From the NCBI GenBank assembly GCA_963811165.1, contig CAWEQH010000008.1, positions 224,001 through 288,000 of the forward strand: 64,000 bases of DNA, written 5' to 3'. A model generated the notes under the pieces. That model was not told the origin of the DNA, searched no databases, and saw nothing but the letters and a program-made list of their open reading frames with translations. A program made the position numbers and the translations under genes. The DNA is from an uncultured Nitrospiraceae bacterium (GTDB lineage Bacteria; Nitrospirota; Thermodesulfovibrionia; Thermodesulfovibrionales; UBA6898). Shown piece after piece: positions 59,158 through 64,000 of this stretch. Within the stretch, counting starts at the first letter, position 1. Every line of letters begins with the position of its first letter.

Positions 59158-61994
59158 ATGAAAGAAGAGATCCTTAGCGATGCGGCATACGCCACGCCTG
59201 ACCCTGATCGGGCGCTGAATAACCTATCCTCTTTTATTGCGCAGAACCCCTCAAGACAAGGCGACCTTGAAGCCAATATAAGAGCAGTCTCCCTGCTATT
59301 TAGCTTCAGCCAGTTTCTGGCGAATTACTGTATCTCAAATGCAGACGTTCTGTTCGATGTCCTTAAGGACCTGGATCCGCCGCAGGACAAAGAAGCCCTT
59401 TTTTCGTGTTTAAAAGAGTTATTGGGAGAAAGGTCCCTTGAGTCCCCGCACACCTTCGGATCGCTGCGGCAGCGGTCCCTTGATATGCATATGGCTGCGG
59501 TCCGGGCATTTAAGATGAAGGAGACCCTTAGGATAACGCTCAGGGACATCTTAAAGAAGGTAGATGTTGTAGAGGTCATGTATGAGTTGAGTGCCCTTGC
59601 TGATGCGGTCATAGAGAATTCCCTTTCAGTCGTGAGACAATCGATGCGGGAAACGTACGGCGCCCCTGCCGGCGATGCCTTTTCAGTCATCGCGCTGGGG
59701 AAGCTCGGCGGAGAGGAGTTGAACTTCAGCTCCGACGTGGACCTCATCTTCGTATATGGCTTGGAAGAAGGGGAGACAAGCGGGGTGCTGACCGGCCAGG
59801 GAGTGAAGGTAAACAGGCTCAGCAGCCACGAGTATTATTGTAAGACCGGTGAGGCGCTCACGCGCTTCCTGTCACTTAACACGGCCGAGGGGTTTGCCTA
59901 CAGGGTCGATCTGAGGCTCAGACCTCAGGGGCAAAGAGGTGATATTGCCCTTGCCCTGCACGGGTACGAGGTGTATTACGAGTCGTGGGGCAGGGCATGG
60001 GAGCGTGCGATGCTGATAAGGGCGAGGCCGGCCGCCGGCGATGAAGAGCTTGGGAAGGGCTTTATCGAGATGATAAGGCCGTTTGTCTACCGAAAATATC
60101 TCGACTATGGGGCGATAGAGGAGATAAGGAGCCTCAAGACGAGGATCGATTCGACCTTCAAAAAAGGGGACATAAAGAGAGGGTATGGCGGAATACGGGA
60201 GGTAGAATTTTTCGCTCAGGCCCTGCAGCTGATGTACGGCGGGAGGGAGCCTCTTTTAAGGGGCAGAAGTACCCTGAAGGTCTTAAACATGCTCTTTCAG
60301 AAGTCCCTCGTAGGACAGGAGGACTACTTTATCCTCTCTGACGATTATCGGTTTCTAAGGACGCTCGAACATAGGCTTCAGCAGCTGAACAACCTGCAGA
60401 CCCATACAATGCCCTCGGGCGGGGCCGAGCTTGAGGCCCTCGGCAAGAAGATGGGGTTCGTGGACGCAAAGAGCTTTACCTCAGACCTTGAGGGCCGCAG
60501 GGCAAAGGTAAGGGAAATATACGATTCCCTCTTTTCGGGGCAGAAAGAGGAGCCTGCGCCCAGCGGGCCCTTCTTCGACGAAGATCTCTCAGATGCCGAG
60601 CTCAGGGAGTACCTTTCGGCCACCGGGCTCAGGGATGTCGATAAGGCGATCCGCAACGTCAAATCCATAAAGGACAGCATCTTTACGTTTCAGACGCTAA
60701 GGGGAAGGAGGTTGTTGGGCAGGATACTTCCGCTTTTTATCGATTCCGCATTAAAGTCCGGTGAGCCCGATATGGCGCTTAACTATCTTCAGTCCTTTGC
60801 CAGTCTCCTGAGCGCCAACGAATCCTACATCGAGATATTCAGCAGGGAAGGGCGGCTGATCGATATGCTCACCTATGTCTTTTCGCAGTCCGAGTATCTA
60901 TCGAAGATGCTCCTGGGCAGACCGCAGTATCTTGAGATGATCGGGTGGAAAGAGAGAACGGCAAAGAGCCTCAGGCAATTAAAGGAAGAAATAAGAAACA
61001 GCGTTTTAGAGGGCAGGTCGCTAAACGACGCGGTGCGATTGGTGAAACAGACTGAGGAAATCAGACTGGGAATGCTTTTTTTGCAGAAAAAAGCCGGGGC
61101 CACAGAGGTGGTCAAGGGCCTCTCAAAGACGGCCGAGGCGGCATTGTCCGCCTGTACGGAGAGCCTGAGCGAAGAGGCCGAAGACCTGGCGGTCATCGGC
61201 CTGGGCAAACTAGGCGGACGGGAGATTACGTTCGGCTCTGACTTAGACGTGATATTTGTCTGCCCGGATGATCCCGGGCAGGGGGCGACCAGGGTTGCGG
61301 AGAAACTGCTAAGGATGCTCATCTCCTACACTAAAGAAGGTGTCGCATACCGCATCGATACGAGGCTCCGGCCGGAAGGGGAAAAGGGTGTTTTAGTCTC
61401 GTCCTTGGAGAGCTTCGAAAAATATTATGCGAAGGCAGCGGCCTTCTGGGAATTTCAGGCGCTTCTTAAGGCGAGGCCCGTGGCCGGGAACATTAAGACA
61501 GGTCTATCTTTCCTCGAAATGGCAAGGGGGACCCTCGTGTCCAGGGGATGGGGGATATCGGCCCTGAACATCAGGCAGATGAGAGAGAGGATAGCGAGGG
61601 AGCTTTCAAAGGAGGCCCATGGGTATGATGTCAAGCTCGGTCCGGGCGGCATCGAGGACATCGAATTCACTGCGCAATATCTGCAGCTTGCCCATTGCAG
61701 GGTCCGGCAGGAGCTTTTAGTGCAAGGCACGGTGAAGGCGCTCGGGCGGCTCCGGGCGGCGGGACTTATTCAAGAGGAAGAGGCGGAGTCGATGAAGGAT
61801 GCATATCTTTTTTACCGCACCCTTGAGAGTTTTCTCAGACTCAGGGGGGAGCATATCCTAAAGAGAGAAAACGAGAGGCTGAGATACGCCGCAGAGTTCC
61901 TGGGGTTTGCGCAGATAGGGACCTTTGTGGATGTCTTTGAGGAAAAAGAGAGCGGGTCAGTAAATTCAGGGACAGGTATCTTACCGGCCTTTAG
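59158..61994 (+). CDS. glnE: Glutamine synthetase adenylyltransferase; true stop probably 61992-61994 after a -1 slip in an A-run near 61945
   Basis: Two NTase domains (LGKLGGEELNFSSDVDL, LGKLGGREITFGSDLD), RVDLRLRP, DIKRGYGGIREVEF and DVKLGPGGIEDIEF. Confidence 0.9.
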
Positions 61995-62550
61995 CCTTAT
62001 AAAGTGTCATTACCTCTTCCCGCGTGACCACCGCTTCGACAGTATGCCCGAGCGCCTCGATATTTTCCCGTCCCCCTTCCTGTCTGTCAACGAGGGCGAT
62101 CACCCGGACGATATCTAGACCGGCCTCCCTGGCCTTATCGATGGCCTCGATGGTCGACTTACCCGTGGTGATGACGTCGTCGACGATCACGACCTTGTCG
62201 CCGCCTATTATGTTGCCCTCTATCCATTGCATCGTGCCGTGGGGCTTTGCGGACTTCCTGACGACAAACGCCTCGAAGGGCCTGCCCTTGAGGTAGGAAG
62301 TATAAGCCACCGCGTCGGCAATCGGGTCCGCCCCGAGGGTGAGGCCGCCGATCCCTTTTGCATCCGAATCTTGTATCATCCCAAAGATGATGTTCCCGAT
62401 GAGGTGCATCCCTTCGGGATGGAGGGTGACTGCCTTACAGTTGAAATAATAATTGCTCATCCTGCCTGATACGAGCTTGAAGACAGGTTCTTCGCTGTAT
62501 TTAAACGCCTTCTCAAGCAGAAGTTCGACGAGCCGCTCTTTCATCTTCAT
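61981..62550 (-). CDS. pyrE: Orotate phosphoribosyltransferase
   Basis: FKLVSGRMSNYY, VRKSAKPHG and IVDDVITTGKS motifs. Confidence 0.95.
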   Translation of the reverse strand: MKMKERLVELLLEKAFKYSEEPVFKLVSGRMSNYYFNCKAVTLHPEGMHLIGNIIFGMIQDSDAKGIGGLTLGADPIADAVAYTSYLKGRPFEAFVVRKSAKPHGTMQWIEGNIIGGDKVVIVDDVITTGKSTIEAIDKAREAGLDIVRVIALVDRQEGGRENIEALGHTVEAVVTREEVMTLYKAKGR

Positions 62551-62676
62551 AATTTCCTTTCAGAAGGGATTCGGGTAATTATTATAAACGATACAGGGTA
62601 CGAGGAAAAGGGAGAAATTGCTTTGACATGGATAAGGGATGCGGCGGGCGGTTCTGCCCACCGCATCGCAGGGCAT

Positions 62677-62865
62677 CTACATCTCTCTGACTTCTATGCA
62701 CTTATCGGGGCATACCTCGACACAACTCATGCAGCCGACGCATTCCCCTGCCTGATAAGGGTCGGTCTTGCCGTTGGCCCCCATCTGGTATACCCCGACC
62801 GGGCAGATGTCCACACACTCACCGCAGCCCGTGCAGCAGTCAAAATTCACGTTGACCAGATACAT
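62677..62865 (-). CDS. 2x[4Fe-4S] ferredoxin
   Basis: CTGCGECVDICP and CVGCMSCVEVCP; paralog of the ferredoxin at 19663. Confidence 0.92.
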   Translation of the reverse strand: MYLVNVNFDCCTGCGECVDICPVGVYQMGANGKTDPYQAGECVGCMSCVEVCPDKCIEVREM

Positions 62866-62899
62866 TTGTTGCCTCCGTTTATTATGTAGAAGTTTTTCT

Positions 62900-63214
62900 T
62901 CAATCTACCGGCGTCACTACCGCCATCACTACAAACCTGCTTCCTTTGTCGGCCTTGAAGCCGTGAGGCACAAGCGGGTCGCAAAGCACGCAGGTTTTCT
63001 CGCCGGCTTCCATCTCTTCATCCCCGACCTTCACCGTCCCTTTCCCCTCGACCACATACATGAGCAGGCGAAGAGGGGCCTTGTGAGGCGTAAGTTCCTG
63101 GCCGGGTTCCAGGCACATAAGGGCGATCCTCATCTCCGGTTTGTCGGAAAGCATCTCCCTTCCTATTTTGTCGGGGTAGAACTTTATCAATTTCTTCAGA
63201 TCAAGAATTTCCAT
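62900..63214 (-). CDS. Cupin domain protein
   Basis: LEPGQEL.PH, YVVEGKG.V and PHGFKA motifs. Confidence 0.88.
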   Translation of the reverse strand: MEILDLKKLIKFYPDKIGREMLSDKPEMRIALMCLEPGQELTPHKAPLRLLMYVVEGKGTVKVGDEEMEAGEKTCVLCDPLVPHGFKADKGSRFVVMAVVTPVD

Positions 63215-63237
63215 AGTTGCCTCCTTTAGTATATCTA

Positions 63238-63280
63238 ATTATCGTACAGCGAAAGGGGAATTGCTATGATAAGGGTCATA
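63238..63280 (-). promoter_or_regulatory. CRP/FNR-family box with class II-like -10, upstream of cupin-ferredoxin
   Basis: TATGATAAGGGTCATA (63265-63280), then 21 bp, then GATAAT on the minus strand (63243-63238). Confidence 0.6.
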
Positions 63281-63429
63281 CGAAAAAAGAGTATCGGCCC
63301 GAGGGGAAAAAGTGTCTAAAATTACGTGGCATCCGGAGGAATCTTCCTGTTTCCCTTTCGGAATGTAAGCAGCCCGAACCTCCGGCTGTTTCACTTCCGC
63401 TCTTCCTCCCTCCCGTGCTATCTTATGGT

Positions 63430-64000
63430 ATGTTTTATTTAAAGACCTTTCTCTTTCTTACCCTCACCATCACTCTGGCGCCTTTTTATTTTGTTGTCCT
63501 CCTTCTTTTTTACCCCTGGCGGCGTAGCATCGGTCCGAAACTCGTCCGGATCTATTCCGGAATCTGCCTTCTCATTTATCGGATCAAAATAGAAAAGGTC
63601 AAGAATTATCGTACATTTAAGAAAAGCAAAAAAAGGGTTCTCATCATTTCAAACCACTCAAGTTTTCTGGACATCTTCGTGCTTTCGAGGTTGTTTGAAA
63701 CGGTATTTGTGAGCAAGGCAGAGGTCAAGTACTACCCGGTCATCGGGCAGATCGCCTGGTTAATGGGCGTGGTCTTTTTTGACCGTGGTTCATCAAAAGA
63801 AAGACTGAGGGTGCTTAAGACGGTGGCAAGCGAGCATACAGGCAGGGTTATCTCGGTCTTCCCGCAGGGCACGACCGGCCGCATCAGCGAGCGGTTGCCT
63901 TTCCACAGGGGCATCTTCAAGGTAATGGAGATGGACCCCGACATCACGTTGCTCCCTGTGACGCTTTATTACAAAGAAGATGCCGATATCGCATGGAGCA
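63430..64000 (+). CDS. Lysophospholipid acyltransferase (PlsC-like), partial; runs off the window end
   Basis: Hand translation MFYLKTF...ISNHSSFLDI...VSKAEV...VFPQGTT; HxxxxD motif. Confidence 0.88.
   Translation, partial: MFYLKTFLFLTLTITLAPFYFVVLLLFYPWRRSIGPKLVRIYSGICLLIYRIKIEKVKNYRTFKKSKKRVLIISNHSSFLDIFVLSRLFETVFVSKAEVKYYPVIGQIAWLMGVVFFDRGSSKERLRVLKTVASEHTGRVISVFPQGTTGRISERLPFHRGIFKVMEMDPDITLLPVTLYYKEDADIAWS

Noticed and set aside
61945..62118. C-terminal extension of GlnE overlapping pyrE by ~140 bp
   Set aside because: One missing A in an A-run gives a normal stop at 61992-61994.
1514..63229. Numerous antisense or alternate-frame ORFs in the ORF track
   Set aside because: They overlap well-supported genes and lack motifs; shadow ORFs, except where they are frameshifted pieces of genes listed above.
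1..64000. CRISPR arrays, tRNA/rRNA genes, transposases, prophage
   Set aside because: No regularly spaced repeats, cloverleaf or rRNA signatures, or transposase, integrase or phage motifs were seen.

Overview
A 64 kb core-chromosome segment from an anaerobic diderm bacterium, probably Nitrospirota (Thermodesulfovibrionia-like). That assignment is inferred from gene order and content, not from a search. In order, the window contains: a cytochrome b / heptaheme cytochrome c pair; bamA-skp-lpxD-fabZ-lpxA-lpxI; a reductive-type sulfite-reduction cluster (dsrAB-D-N-orf-orf-C-T-MKJOP-ferredoxin); CBS/HPP genes; an atypical thioredoxin reductase; mqnE/mqnC; rpsF-ssb-rpsR; a diguanylate cyclase; a core methionine synthase followed by tmk-holB-PSP1-metG; a small bS22-like ORF missing from the ORF track; a large CoA-activase gene containing REP-like palindromes; a sigma54-type type IV pilin locus with a putative lipid-linked glycosylation pathway; uvrA; a dipeptide/oligopeptide ABC transporter; glnE; pyrE; cupin-ferredoxin; and a partial acyltransferase. 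Many genes are frameshifted. The pattern (extra bases resembling a second synonymous allele) points to mixed-strain consensus artefacts rather than gene decay. No rRNA, tRNA, CRISPR array, transposase or prophage was seen. Best leads: the pilin/GT-C glycosylation system, two unknown genes inside the dsr cluster, a DTR/FFTR-like thioredoxin reductase, a two-site CRP/FNR-type regulon, a ~180 nt structured intergenic element, and REP palindromes translated inside a protein.
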